Part shown: in pieces, positions 63,591-64,000 of the stretch
How the letters are laid out: every line of letters starts with the position of its first letter
Position numbering within the stretch: the first letter of the stretch is position 1
Origin: the human T2T-CHM13v2.0 reference genome, Homo sapiens
Length of the DNA: 64,000 nucleotides
Assembly (NCBI RefSeq): GCF_009914755.1
Contig: NC_060937.1
Direction: 5' to 3' (one strand)
Notes under the pieces: model-generated
The model's input: only the letters and a program-made list of their open reading frames with translations
Told to the model about the DNA's origin: nothing
Database searches by the model: none
Made by a program: the position numbers and the translations under genes

Positions 63591-64000
63591 AAAGAGTTAA
63601 CTCTAAACTTGCCCAAGAAAAAACAAGCACTACCTAACAGGGCCTGCAAATGACACATGTTTTGAATCTTGAGTCCCATCAAGTTAGAGAAGCTTGGAAA
63701 ACACCTGAAAATTTCCAAAGTTCTGCCCTAACAAAGCATAAAAAACAGGCCTATGAGCTCAGCCAGTTAATATGGTATTGGAGTAAAATTCAATACTTTT
63801 TAGAATTATCAGAAGTCAGACATACAATGTATCATCCAAAATGTCCACAATAAAAAATCTTAGACATGCAAGAAAGAAAATTTAACTCAGGGCAATAAAG
63901 AAAGCAGTCTTCATAATAAAAACCAAACCCCTCAAATATATAAATAATAAAAGCAAATCCAAGTAGGCACACACATTGGATTTTAAGATTTACAGAAACA

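Overview
Human genomic DNA from inside ABCC4 (MRP4, ABC transporter C4, 13q32), on the minus strand. The window runs from intron 4 (right end) to intron 19 (left end). Fifteen coding exons (5-19, c.532-2455) all have GT-AG boundaries and splice into one open frame of about aa 178-819 (most of TMD1, all of NBD1, the linker and the start of TMD2), matching MRP4 as I recall it. The rest is intronic: about 35 Alus (one very young AluYd8), L1/L2/MIR relics, MaLR and ERVL solo LTRs, a U13 snoRNA retrocopy nested in an Alu, a 7SL fragment and several STRs. Almost all non-exon ORFs in the track are repeat-derived or chance. I cannot demonstrate a new biological system here. The best leads are an inverted Alu pair tightly enclosing in-frame exon 16, a ~500-bp non-repeat direct duplication flanking exons 12-13, and the coding potential of an exon 10-19 circRNA next to the AluYd8. 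Exon numbers, repeat subfamilies and isoform or database names come from memory and were not searched. Repeat boundaries are approximate.
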